In this document: one piece after another, positions 11,087-19,611 of the stretch
Position numbering within the stretch: position 1 is the first letter of the stretch
How the letters are laid out: each line of letters opens with the position of its first letter
Source: a virus
Taxonomy: Duplodnaviria > Caudoviricetes
Length of the DNA: 64,000 nt
IMG/VR virus record: IMGVR_UViG_3300024262_000013
Reading direction: 5' to 3' (one strand)
Made by a program: the position numbers and the translations under genes
Notes under the pieces: model-generated
The model's database searches: none
What the model was told of the DNA's origin: nothing
The model's input: the letters and a program-made list of their open reading frames with translations, nothing else

Positions 11087-11114
11087 TTGACTTAGTGAGT
11101 TTCTTTGTTATATT
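11087..11114 (+). promoter_or_regulatory. Sigma70-like (early/middle) promoter
   Basis: TTGACT-N16-TATATT with TG upstream of the -10 element, directly after the terminator and before the ssb gene. Confidence 0.6.
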
Positions 11115-11164
11115 ATTACTTGAGTAAACGATAATAATTTAAAAACAGAGAAAACAGAAAAACT

Positions 11165-12025
11165 ATGGCAAATGCATTAGACGCAGTATTGGCTCAGTAT
11201 GAGCAAAATACTTCAAAAACAAACACAGGAAAACAATCTATCTCACAAGAAGATAGACTAAAACGTTATTTCACCACTTACCTACCAAAAGGTACGAAAT
11301 CAGGTCAGAAAAGAGTACGTATTTTACCAACACCTGATGGTTCATCCCCTTTTAAAGAAGTGTGGTACCATGAAGTACAGGTTGACGGTAAATGGACAAA
11401 ACTATATGACCCAGGAAAAAATGACGGAGAACGTTCACCTCTTACTGAGGTTTACGAAGAATTAATCTCAACAGGTAAAGAATCAGATAAAGATTTAGCT
11501 AGACAATATCGTCCACGTAAATTTTATATTGTAAAACTTATCGATAGAGAAAACGAAGACCACGGACCTAAATTTTGGAGATTCAAAGATAACTACAAAC
11601 AAGAAGGTATTTTAGATAAGATTATTCCAATATGGAAAGCTAAGGGAGATATTACAAATGCGGATGAAGGTCGTGACCTAATGGTCGAACTTTCAAAGGC
11701 GAAAACACCTAAAGGTATTGAGTACACAGTTGTTCAAACAGTTATGTATGACGACCCGTGTGTAATCCATGAAGACAAAGCTCAGATGAAAGAATGGATG
11801 ACTGATGGGTCAACATGGCAGGACGTGTACGCTCAGAAACCCGTAGAATACTTAGAGGCTATTGCAAGAGGTGAGACACCTGTTTGGAATACAGATTTAA
11901 AAAAGTACGTTTATGGAGACGATTCGTCTGAAGTTGTATTAGGGGGTTCTAATGAGCCGACTAAGACTGAAGAAACCATTGACCCACAATCAAGTGAAAG
12001 TGTAGACACAAATCTACCGTTTTAA
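11165..12025 (+). CDS. ssb: T4 gp32-like single-stranded DNA-binding protein
   Basis: RVRILP..PF...WYH, KFYIVKLIDRE..GPKFWRF, GDIT..EGRDL motifs and an acidic tail ending in LPF. First gene of the replication block. Confidence 0.85.
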   Translation: MANALDAVLAQYEQNTSKTNTGKQSISQEDRLKRYFTTYLPKGTKSGQKRVRILPTPDGSSPFKEVWYHEVQVDGKWTKLYDPGKNDGERSPLTEVYEELISTGKESDKDLARQYRPRKFYIVKLIDRENEDHGPKFWRFKDNYKQEGILDKIIPIWKAKGDITNADEGRDLMVELSKAKTPKGIEYTVVQTVMYDDPCVIHEDKAQMKEWMTDGSTWQDVYAQKPVEYLEAIARGETPVWNTDLKKYVYGDDSSEVVLGGSNEPTKTEETIDPQSSESVDTNLPF

Positions 12026-12051
12026 AGAAAAACTAATTAATTAATTAATTG

Positions 12052-12079
12052 ATGGTAACGACATTCGTGTCGTTACCAT
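12052..12079 (+). promoter_or_regulatory. Intergenic 12-bp stem-loop with TTCG loop
   Basis: ATGGTAACGACA-TTCG-TGTCGTTACCAT, a perfect stem between ssb and recA with no clean U-tract. Confidence 0.7.
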
Positions 12080-12097
12080 TATTATTCTTAAAAAAAT

Positions 12098-13102
12098 ATG
12101 ACAATAAAGAAAAAAGATTTTAGTAGTATAAAAAAGAAATTTTCTACATCTGCAAAATATAAACCACAAAGGTTTTTTGATTTGGGTGAGGATTTCTTAG
12201 ATGCTGTCGGATTACCCGGGCCAGCAATAGGTCATTTAAATATGTTTTTAGGACATTCAGATACGGGTAAAACAACTGCGTTAGTAAAAGCCGCGGTAGA
12301 CGCGCAGAAAAAAGGTATATTACCTGTATTCATTATTACGGAACAAAAATGGTCTTTTGAACACGCAAAACTTATGGGTTTTGATTGTAATGAAGTGGTT
12401 GATGAAGAAACGGGTGAATTAGATTGGGACGGGTTTTTTATTTTTAATAATAATTTTAATTATATAGAACAAATAACTGACTTTATTAATGAGTTATTAG
12501 ATGCTCAGTCTAAGGGTGAGTTAGATTACGACTTATTGTTCTTATGGGATTCCGTAGGTTCAGTACCATGCAAAATGACTTTTGATGGTAAAGGTGGTAA
12601 AATGCATAATGCGTCCACGTTAGCGGATAAAATAGGTATGGGTATCAACCAAAGAATATCGGGTTCGCGTAGAGCGGATTCTAAGTATGAAAACACTTTA
12701 TTAATCGTTAATCAACCTTGGGTACAACTTCCTGATAATCCATTTGGTCAACCTAAGATAAAGAGTAAAGGGGGTGAAGCGATTTGGTTAAACTCTTCTT
12801 TAGTTTTCTTATTTGGTAATCAAAAAGACGCGGGTACTACCACTATATCTGCAGTTAAGAACAAAAGAAAAGTGAAGTTCGCGTCCAGAACAAAAATATC
12901 GGTAATGAAAAATCATATCAACGGATTAGGGTATGCTGATGGGAAAATAATTGTAACTCCTCACGGATTCTTGGCGGGTAAAGAAAGTACTGAGGAAAAA
13001 AAATCAATTGAAAAATACAAAGGTGAACAATCTGAGTATTGGAAAGAAGTTATCGGAGTTGAAGGTGACTTTAAGTTAGAAGAGGAAAAAAAAGAACAGT
13101 AA
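12098..13102 (+). CDS. recA: RecA/UvsX-like recombinase
   Basis: Walker A GHSDTGKTT, Walker B LFLWDSVGS, and IVNQ..., KSKGGEAI, KNHING motifs. Confidence 0.9.
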   Translation: MTIKKKDFSSIKKKFSTSAKYKPQRFFDLGEDFLDAVGLPGPAIGHLNMFLGHSDTGKTTALVKAAVDAQKKGILPVFIITEQKWSFEHAKLMGFDCNEVVDEETGELDWDGFFIFNNNFNYIEQITDFINELLDAQSKGELDYDLLFLWDSVGSVPCKMTFDGKGGKMHNASTLADKIGMGINQRISGSRRADSKYENTLLIVNQPWVQLPDNPFGQPKIKSKGGEAIWLNSSLVFLFGNQKDAGTTTISAVKNKRKVKFASRTKISVMKNHINGLGYADGKIIVTPHGFLAGKESTEEKKSIEKYKGEQSEYWKEVIGVEGDFKLEEEKKEQ

Positions 13103-13120
13103 CAATTTAACACAAATAAA

Positions 13121-14137
13121 GTGGTTAAAACATTATTAATTGACGGAAATAATTTATTTAAAATAGGTTTTCATGGAGTAAGAGATTTCTATCATGAGGG
13201 AAAACATATTGGAGGTTTATACCATTTTGTTAATACAATCAAAAAGTTTCTTAATGAACACAATCACGATAAAGTGATTGTGTTTTGGGATGGGGAGAAT
13301 AACTCGTCCCAAAGAAAACTTATTTCACCCGAATATAAGGGTAATCGTAAACAGACATTAAACGAAGCAAAAAGAGAATCGTTTGAATGGCAGGTACAAC
13401 AAGTTAAAGCATATCTTGAAGAAATGTTCATTAGGCAAGTATCGGTTAAAGATACTGAGAGCGATGACTTAATTGCGTATTACTGTCAGATATCTGAAAA
13501 TGAATATAAAACTATATATTCTTCAGATAAGGACCTCACACAACTTATATCAGACAAAGTGGAAGTGTACCAACCGATGAAGAAGATAACCCTTAGAAAC
13601 GGAGATTTGGTACCTTTAAAGGATATCTCCATCCCACATCAGAACATAGCAACTTTTAAAATTATATCAGGCGATAAATCTGATAATATTGACGGTATTC
13701 AATATATGGGTGAAAAAACATTTGTTAAGTTATTCCCCAAAATAGTTGATAGTGTAGTAACTATTGACGATATTATAATACGTGCAGAGGAACTACATAA
13801 AACGGATAAAGACAATCGAGCATTACAAAATTTACTCTCTGGTAAAACAAAAAGAGGAATTTACGGTGAAGAGTTTTTTATAATCAATAAAAAACTCGTA
13901 GATTTGTCTCAACCATTATTAAGTGAAGACTCAAAAGTAATTATTAAACAATACCATACAGAAAATTTAGACCCAGATGGTAGAGGATATAAAAATCTAA
14001 TGAGAATGATGATGAGTGATGGAATTTTTAAGTATCTACCAAAACATGATAATGCGTGGGTTGAATTTTTAACCCCTTTTATGAAATTAACAAGAAAAGA
14101 AAAAAGAAGATTTAAAACTAAAAAACGTTTAAGATGA
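13121..14137 (+). CDS. 5'-3' exonuclease / T4 RNase H-like flap nuclease
   Basis: LLIDGNNL, VFWDG, EYKGNR, ESDDLIA, SSDKDLTQL, GDKSDNIDGI..MGEKT motifs. GTG start. Confidence 0.92.
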   Translation: MVKTLLIDGNNLFKIGFHGVRDFYHEGKHIGGLYHFVNTIKKFLNEHNHDKVIVFWDGENNSSQRKLISPEYKGNRKQTLNEAKRESFEWQVQQVKAYLEEMFIRQVSVKDTESDDLIAYYCQISENEYKTIYSSDKDLTQLISDKVEVYQPMKKITLRNGDLVPLKDISIPHQNIATFKIISGDKSDNIDGIQYMGEKTFVKLFPKIVDSVVTIDDIIIRAEELHKTDKDNRALQNLLSGKTKRGIYGEEFFIINKKLVDLSQPLLSEDSKVIIKQYHTENLDPDGRGYKNLMRMMMSDGIFKYLPKHDNAWVEFLTPFMKLTRKEKRRFKTKKRLR

Positions 14138-14586
14138 AAGAAAAAACAGAAACAACCAAATTAGAGTTCTTAATGACTCTAAACGATAACTTTGTTGTAC
14201 AGAGGTACTTTAATGTTAAAGGGTACAATCCTAAAGCTAGGGGAAGCGTTGAGCTTTATGAAGTAGTGAAAACCGCTTCAGAAGTAATTCAAGACGACTT
14301 AAAGACTAAAGCGTCTAATTATTTAACTGAAAACGCTAGTCTTATTGAGGTTAACCCTGAACTTTTAGATACGTCAAATACTGACGGTGACGAGTACTTT
14401 AATATTTATATTAAAATTGGTGATGAGACAATTTGTCATAGAATATGGGACGCTAAATTATACCCACCTAAGACAAGATACACTGTGGATGTACGTCCAC
14501 ACCTAAAAAAGTTACTTCGTGAATTAACTGACACTTTTTCAAGTGAGAATTTAACATATGTCTACATGGATTATCAACTAGTTTAA
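14134..14586 (+). CDS. Hypothetical protein
   Basis: 150 aa with an ATGA-type overlap with the exonuclease stop. No family recognised. Confidence 0.75.
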   Translation: MKEKTETTKLEFLMTLNDNFVVQRYFNVKGYNPKARGSVELYEVVKTASEVIQDDLKTKASNYLTENASLIEVNPELLDTSNTDGDEYFNIYIKIGDETICHRIWDAKLYPPKTRYTVDVRPHLKKLLRELTDTFSSENLTYVYMDYQLV

Positions 14587-14589
14587 CCA

Positions 14590-14597
14590 TATTTATA
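14590..14597 (+). promoter_or_regulatory. TATTTATA motif
   Basis: Intergenic, upstream of the helicase ATG at 14630. Confidence 0.5.
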
Positions 14598-14629
14598 ATT
14601 TATAAACGAAGATTAAAAAGCAATAAAAT

Positions 14630-16009
14630 ATGTCAAAAGAAAAAAATTTCGGGTACCTTGGAAACACCTTTCAGTTACAAATACTTAATAATATTATCCT
14701 ATATAAAGATTTTGCCAGTTCCATTGTAGACGTTCTCGAACCAAAATATTTTGACAATCAATATTTTAAGTTAATCATGCAGATGACCAAGGAGTATTAT
14801 CACAAATATGAACACGCCCCTTCATTCTCAACACTTGAACAAATAACTAAATCTGAGGTTTCATCGCCTATGGCTCAAAAAATGGTCTTAGATATGATAA
14901 CTCAGGTAGTTGACGCCCCTGAAGATGGGTACCAATATGTTCAAGAAAAAGCTTTAAAGTTCTGTAAACAACAAGAGTTACAGAAAGTTATGAGTAAGGC
15001 TCAAAAAATTATCGATAAAGGTGATTTTGAATCTTATGACCATTTAGAAGAAATGGTTAGAGAGGCTTTACAGGTGGGAGAAGTCGATACGGGAACCGCA
15101 GATGTTTTTTTTAATTTAGATGAGGTATTGGATGATGATTTCAGACACCCAATTCCTCTCGGAATAACAGGTATAGATAACCTATTGAAAGGTGGGTTAG
15201 CAAAAGGTGAAATTGGTGTTATTTTAGCTCCGACAGGTGTGGGTAAAACCACAGTTCTTAGTAAGATTGCAAATAATGCATTTAACTTAGGTTATAATGT
15301 TTTACAAATATTTTTTGAGGATAACCCTAAAATTATACAAAGAAAACACTTCACTATGTGGACAAAAATATCGCCCGATAATTTGTCAGTATATAAAGAA
15401 GATGTTTTGGAAAAAGTTAGACAGATTAAAGAAAACGCACCTAATAGACTTATTTTAAAAAAATTACCTTCGGATACATTAACGATGAATCAGATAAAGA
15501 ATCAAATGCGTAAGATGATTGCTGAGGGAATTAAATTAGACTTAGTTGTAGTCGACTACATTGATTGTATCGTTCCCGATAAAAATTTAGGGGATGAGTG
15601 GAAAAGTGAAGGTTCAGTTATGAGAGGATTTGAATCCATGTGTCATGAATTGGATATTGCGGGATGGACCGCCACTCAAGGTAACCGTTCGTCAATATCT
15701 TCTGAAGTCGTAACCACAGACCAAATGGGGGGTTCAATTAAAAAGGCCCAAGTAGGTCACGTTATTATTTCTATTGCAAAATCCCTACAACAGAAAGAAA
15801 TGAATTTAGCAACTATTGCAATTACTAAATCAAGAATTGGTAAAGATGGAATTGTATTTGAAAATTGCAAATTCGATAACGAAATGATAGAGATTGATAC
15901 AGATACTAGTGTTACCTTTTTAGGTATAGAAGAACAGAAAGAGGAGAAAAACAAGGTACGTATTCAAGAACTACTACAAAAGAGAAAACAAAGGGAAAGT
16001 CAAATATAA
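14630..16009 (+). CDS. dnaB: DnaB/gp41-like replicative helicase
   Basis: Walker A APTGVGKTT, FFED, LVVVDYID, WTATQGNR and KSRIG motifs. Confidence 0.92.
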   Translation: MSKEKNFGYLGNTFQLQILNNIILYKDFASSIVDVLEPKYFDNQYFKLIMQMTKEYYHKYEHAPSFSTLEQITKSEVSSPMAQKMVLDMITQVVDAPEDGYQYVQEKALKFCKQQELQKVMSKAQKIIDKGDFESYDHLEEMVREALQVGEVDTGTADVFFNLDEVLDDDFRHPIPLGITGIDNLLKGGLAKGEIGVILAPTGVGKTTVLSKIANNAFNLGYNVLQIFFEDNPKIIQRKHFTMWTKISPDNLSVYKEDVLEKVRQIKENAPNRLILKKLPSDTLTMNQIKNQMRKMIAEGIKLDLVVVDYIDCIVPDKNLGDEWKSEGSVMRGFESMCHELDIAGWTATQGNRSSISSEVVTTDQMGGSIKKAQVGHVIISIAKSLQQKEMNLATIAITKSRIGKDGIVFENCKFDNEMIEIDTDTSVTFLGIEEQKEEKNKVRIQELLQKRKQRESQI

Positions 16010-16032
16010 ATTTTTTTAAAAAGAATAACAAT

Positions 16033-17313
16033 ATGAGCAGACTAATTGATAGTGTCTATAAAGACATTCGTTATGTAATAAAAAGAAGTGGTGATAAGGT
16101 AGTATTTAAATCTGAAAAGATTGAAACCGCCATATTAAACGCAATGAAAAGTATTGGGGAGGTAGATTCTGAAATGGCGGAAAAAATAGCCAGACTAACA
16201 ACTAAAAGTCTTTTCAGGGGAAATAAAGATAATATACCTAATGTGGATGAAATTCACGATATGGTTGAAAATAAATTAATGGATAATGGATTAAATTATG
16301 TTGCAAAAGAATACATTATTTATCGAGCTAAAAACCAACCTAATATCTTTTCAAAAAGAATTAATCTTAAACCTTATGAGTACCCAAACCTAAATGAGTA
16401 TGTTGACGCAATTAGACATTCATATTGGGTACATACGGAGTTTAACTACACGTCTGATATACAAGACTATAAAGTACATTTAAATGAAAAAGAGAAATCT
16501 GCAGTTGAAAGAGCAATGTTAGCTATTTCACAGATTGAAGTTGCGGTAAAGTCATTTTGGGGTGACATTTATAAAAGAATGCCAAAACCTGAGATTGGTA
16601 ATGTTGGAGCAACATTTGCGGAGTCAGAAGTTAGACATGCGGATGCTTACTCACACTTAATTCAACTATTAGGGTTAAATAATGAATTTGAAAATCTATT
16701 AGAGGTACCACAAGTAAGACGAAGAATTAAATATTTAGAAAAGGCTCTCTCAAACTCTAAATCTGTAGACAATAAAGACTATTTTGAATCTATTGTATTA
16801 TTCTCAATGTTTGTTGAAAATGTGTCACTATTTTCACAATTTTTAGTTATTATGTCATTTAATAAACATAAAAACAAATTAAAAGGTATTAGTAATGCCG
16901 TTGAAGCAACATCTAAAGAAGAGAATATACATGCTGAGTTTGGTTTTGATTTAATAAATTTAATTAAGAAAGAAAACCCAAATTGGTGGACACCACAATT
17001 AGTTGAAGATTTAGTATTATCTACAAGAGAAGCGTATGACGCTGAGGTAGATATAGTTAATTGGATATTTGAAAAGGGGGACCTTGACTTTTTAACTAAA
17101 AATCAAACCATGGAGTTTATTAAGAATAGATTTAATGTATCCTTAAACTCTATTGGTATAGATAGTATTTTCGATATCAATGAGACATTATTGGAAACCA
17201 CAGAATGGTTTGACGATGAAATTTTAACCACAAAACATACTGATTTCTTTAATAAAAGAAGTATTAACTACAGTAAGAAATCAAAATCGATAACATCTAA
17301 CGATTTATTTTAA
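16033..17313 (+). CDS. nrdB: Ribonucleotide reductase beta subunit (class Id-like) with N-terminal ATP cone
   Basis: N-terminal VIKRSG...FKSEKI...EIHDMVENKLM...AKEYIIYR (ATP cone). Ferritin-like core SQIEVAVKSFW, ESEVRHADAY, FVENVSLF, KEENIH. Confidence 0.92.
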   Translation: MSRLIDSVYKDIRYVIKRSGDKVVFKSEKIETAILNAMKSIGEVDSEMAEKIARLTTKSLFRGNKDNIPNVDEIHDMVENKLMDNGLNYVAKEYIIYRAKNQPNIFSKRINLKPYEYPNLNEYVDAIRHSYWVHTEFNYTSDIQDYKVHLNEKEKSAVERAMLAISQIEVAVKSFWGDIYKRMPKPEIGNVGATFAESEVRHADAYSHLIQLLGLNNEFENLLEVPQVRRRIKYLEKALSNSKSVDNKDYFESIVLFSMFVENVSLFSQFLVIMSFNKHKNKLKGISNAVEATSKEENIHAEFGFDLINLIKKENPNWWTPQLVEDLVLSTREAYDAEVDIVNWIFEKGDLDFLTKNQTMEFIKNRFNVSLNSIGIDSIFDINETLLETTEWFDDEILTTKHTDFFNKRSINYSKKSKSITSNDLF

Positions 17314-17338
17314 AACAAAATAATAATAAAAAAATAAT

Positions 17339-19045
17339 ATGAAAAATAGAAAACCTTTTAATTGGATTAATGAAGAATCAATAACGTTTCTTCGTAGAGG
17401 TTATTTAAGTGAGGGTGAAGAACCTTTAGATAGAATAAAAACAATTGCTAAACACGCGGAAAAACTTTTAGATAAAGAAGGGTTTGCTGATAAATTTTAC
17501 GAATATATGAGTAAAGGGTGGTATTCATTATCGTCACCAGTATGGGCAAACTTCGGTAAAGAAAGAGGATTACCTGTCAGTTGTTTTGGTTCTAATGTGA
17601 GTGATAACATTGAATCAATTCTTTTCACACAAGCCGAAGTTGGTGAGATGAGTAAAATGGGGGGTGGAACTTCAGGTTACTTTGGTAACCTTCGTGGTCG
17701 TGGAGCCAAAATAACAGATAACGGACATGCTCCTGGAGCGGTTCACTTCATGAATCTTTTTCAAAGTGTGGTGGATAATATTTCACAAGGAGCGACACGT
17801 AGGGGTCGTTTCTCACCCTACTTACCTGTTGAACATCCAGACATTATGGAGTTCTTAGAAATAGGTACTGAAGGGGCATCAATTCAAGATTTAACACATG
17901 CAGTTACTGTGACTGATAAGTTTATGGAAGAAATGATTGCTGGTGATGACGACAAAAGAAAGATATGGGCTAAAGTTATTCAAAGACGAGGTGAGATTGG
18001 TTATCCATATATTATGTTTCATGACACAATGAATAATAATGCACCTGAAGTTTATCGTGATAAAGGAGCTAAAATTTATAACTCTAACCTTTGTTCTGAA
18101 ATAGCATTACATAATTCAGATGACGAATCATTTGTTTGTGTTTTATCTTCTATGAATGTACTTCATTATGATGAATGGAAAGACACTGATGCGGTTGAGA
18201 CTATGGTCTATTTCTTAGACTCAGTAGTTACGGACTATTGTAATAAGTTAGAAGAATTAAGAGACAATGGAACAAGGGAAGGTCGAATGGCGTTTTTCTA
18301 TATGGAAAAAGCTTATAATTTTGCTAAAAGACAAAGAGCACTTGGATTAGGTGTATTGGGTTGGCATTCACTACTCCAATCAAAAGGGTTACCGTTCGAT
18401 ACAAAAGAAACTGCAAAATTAAATGTTGAGGTGTTTAAAACTATTAAAGATAAATCATATCAAGCATCTGAAGAACTTGCTAAAATATTTGGTGAACCTG
18501 AATATTTGAAAGGTTATGGTCGAAGAAATGTAACACTTAATGCTATCGCACCTACGACATCATCGGCGTTTATTCTTGGTCAAGTTTCACAATCAATTGA
18601 ACCTATATGGTCAAATTGTTATGTGAAAGATGTTGCTAAGATGAAAATCACAATTAAAAACCCAGTACTTAAAGAATTATTAAATACTATGGGTAAAGAT
18701 AATAAAGACGTTTGGGATACCATAAAAAAAGCGGATGGTTCAGTTCAACATTTAAATTTCTTAACTGATAATCAAAAAGACGTATTTAGAACATTTGCAG
18801 AAATTAACCAATCATCAATTATTAACCAAGCAGCTATTAGACAAGACTATATTGACCAATCACAATCATTAAATTTAATGATTTCACCTGAAATGCCAAC
18901 TAAAGACGTTAATAAGTTACTTATTGACTCATGGAAGTTAGGGGTAAAAACACTATATTATCAACACTCAATGAATTCTGCACAGGCATTCGCAAGAAAA
19001 AAGTTGAAACTTAATGATTTACAATGTGTTGCGTGTGAGGGGTAA
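17339..19045 (+). CDS. nrdA: Ribonucleotide reductase alpha subunit lacking an ATP cone
   Basis: LPVSCF, SNLCSEI, FVCVLSS, IAPTTSSA, DQSQSLN, KTLYY and a C-terminal CVAC. Confidence 0.95.
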   Translation: MKNRKPFNWINEESITFLRRGYLSEGEEPLDRIKTIAKHAEKLLDKEGFADKFYEYMSKGWYSLSSPVWANFGKERGLPVSCFGSNVSDNIESILFTQAEVGEMSKMGGGTSGYFGNLRGRGAKITDNGHAPGAVHFMNLFQSVVDNISQGATRRGRFSPYLPVEHPDIMEFLEIGTEGASIQDLTHAVTVTDKFMEEMIAGDDDKRKIWAKVIQRRGEIGYPYIMFHDTMNNNAPEVYRDKGAKIYNSNLCSEIALHNSDDESFVCVLSSMNVLHYDEWKDTDAVETMVYFLDSVVTDYCNKLEELRDNGTREGRMAFFYMEKAYNFAKRQRALGLGVLGWHSLLQSKGLPFDTKETAKLNVEVFKTIKDKSYQASEELAKIFGEPEYLKGYGRRNVTLNAIAPTTSSAFILGQVSQSIEPIWSNCYVKDVAKMKITIKNPVLKELLNTMGKDNKDVWDTIKKADGSVQHLNFLTDNQKDVFRTFAEINQSSIINQAAIRQDYIDQSQSLNLMISPEMPTKDVNKLLIDSWKLGVKTLYYQHSMNSAQAFARKKLKLNDLQCVACEG

Positions 19046-19069
19046 GAGGTAGAAATCAAGTATATTATG

Positions 19070-19099
19070 AAAAAAGGTTAGATTCGTCTAACCTTTTTT
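19070..19099. terminator. Intrinsic terminator, probably bidirectional
   Basis: AAAAAAGGTTAGA-TTCG-TCTAACCTTTTTT after nrdA. Confidence 0.9.
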
Positions 19100-19131
19100 C
19101 TTTTATATTTAAATAAAATAATCTGTGATTA

Positions 19132-19138
19132 TATTTAT
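19132..19138 (+). promoter_or_regulatory. TATTTAT motif
   Basis: Ends a few bases before the gp25-like ATG at 19144 and follows the terminator. Confidence 0.5.
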
Positions 19139-19143
19139 GAAAT

Positions 19144-19605
19144 ATGGCAGACGGTAAAACATACGGAGTATTTTTCCCATTTAGAGATAGTTTACAAGGG
19201 GACTACCTTAGATTGACGCGCACATCGAACGAAGAGATTAGGGCAGACTTACTACATCTGATATTAACTAGAAGAGGTAGTAGATATTACTTACCTGATT
19301 TTGGTACCCGTATTTATGAATTTATTTTTGAACCAATGGATGGTCCAACATTTGATGCTATCAAAGCGGATGTTAGAGAAGCGGTCGATAAATATATTCC
19401 TAACTTACAAATAAATGAAATATCGATAGAACCATATCTCGATGCCGAACCTTTAGCGGGTGAAATAAATTATGATGAACTAGGAGGTCAAATCTATAGG
19501 ATAGCAGGACAAGGTACTGAGGAGTACACTGCAAAGCTAAGAATTGACTATACTATCGTTAATGGTACGTTTTCATCTAAAGATTTTGTTATCATTAATA
19601 TTTAA
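19144..19605 (+). CDS. Baseplate wedge protein, T4 gp25/GPW-like
   Basis: IRADLLHLILTRRGSRYYLPDFGTRIYEFIFEP...IPNLQINEI is the gp25 family signature. Confidence 0.92.
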   Translation: MADGKTYGVFFPFRDSLQGDYLRLTRTSNEEIRADLLHLILTRRGSRYYLPDFGTRIYEFIFEPMDGPTFDAIKADVREAVDKYIPNLQINEISIEPYLDAEPLAGEINYDELGGQIYRIAGQGTEEYTAKLRIDYTIVNGTFSSKDFVIINI

Positions 19606-19611
19606 TAGTAT

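Noticed and set aside
14630-19045. Inteins or introns in dnaB, nrdB or nrdA
   Set aside because: Lengths are normal, the catalytic motifs are contiguous, and no internal C...HN block is visible.
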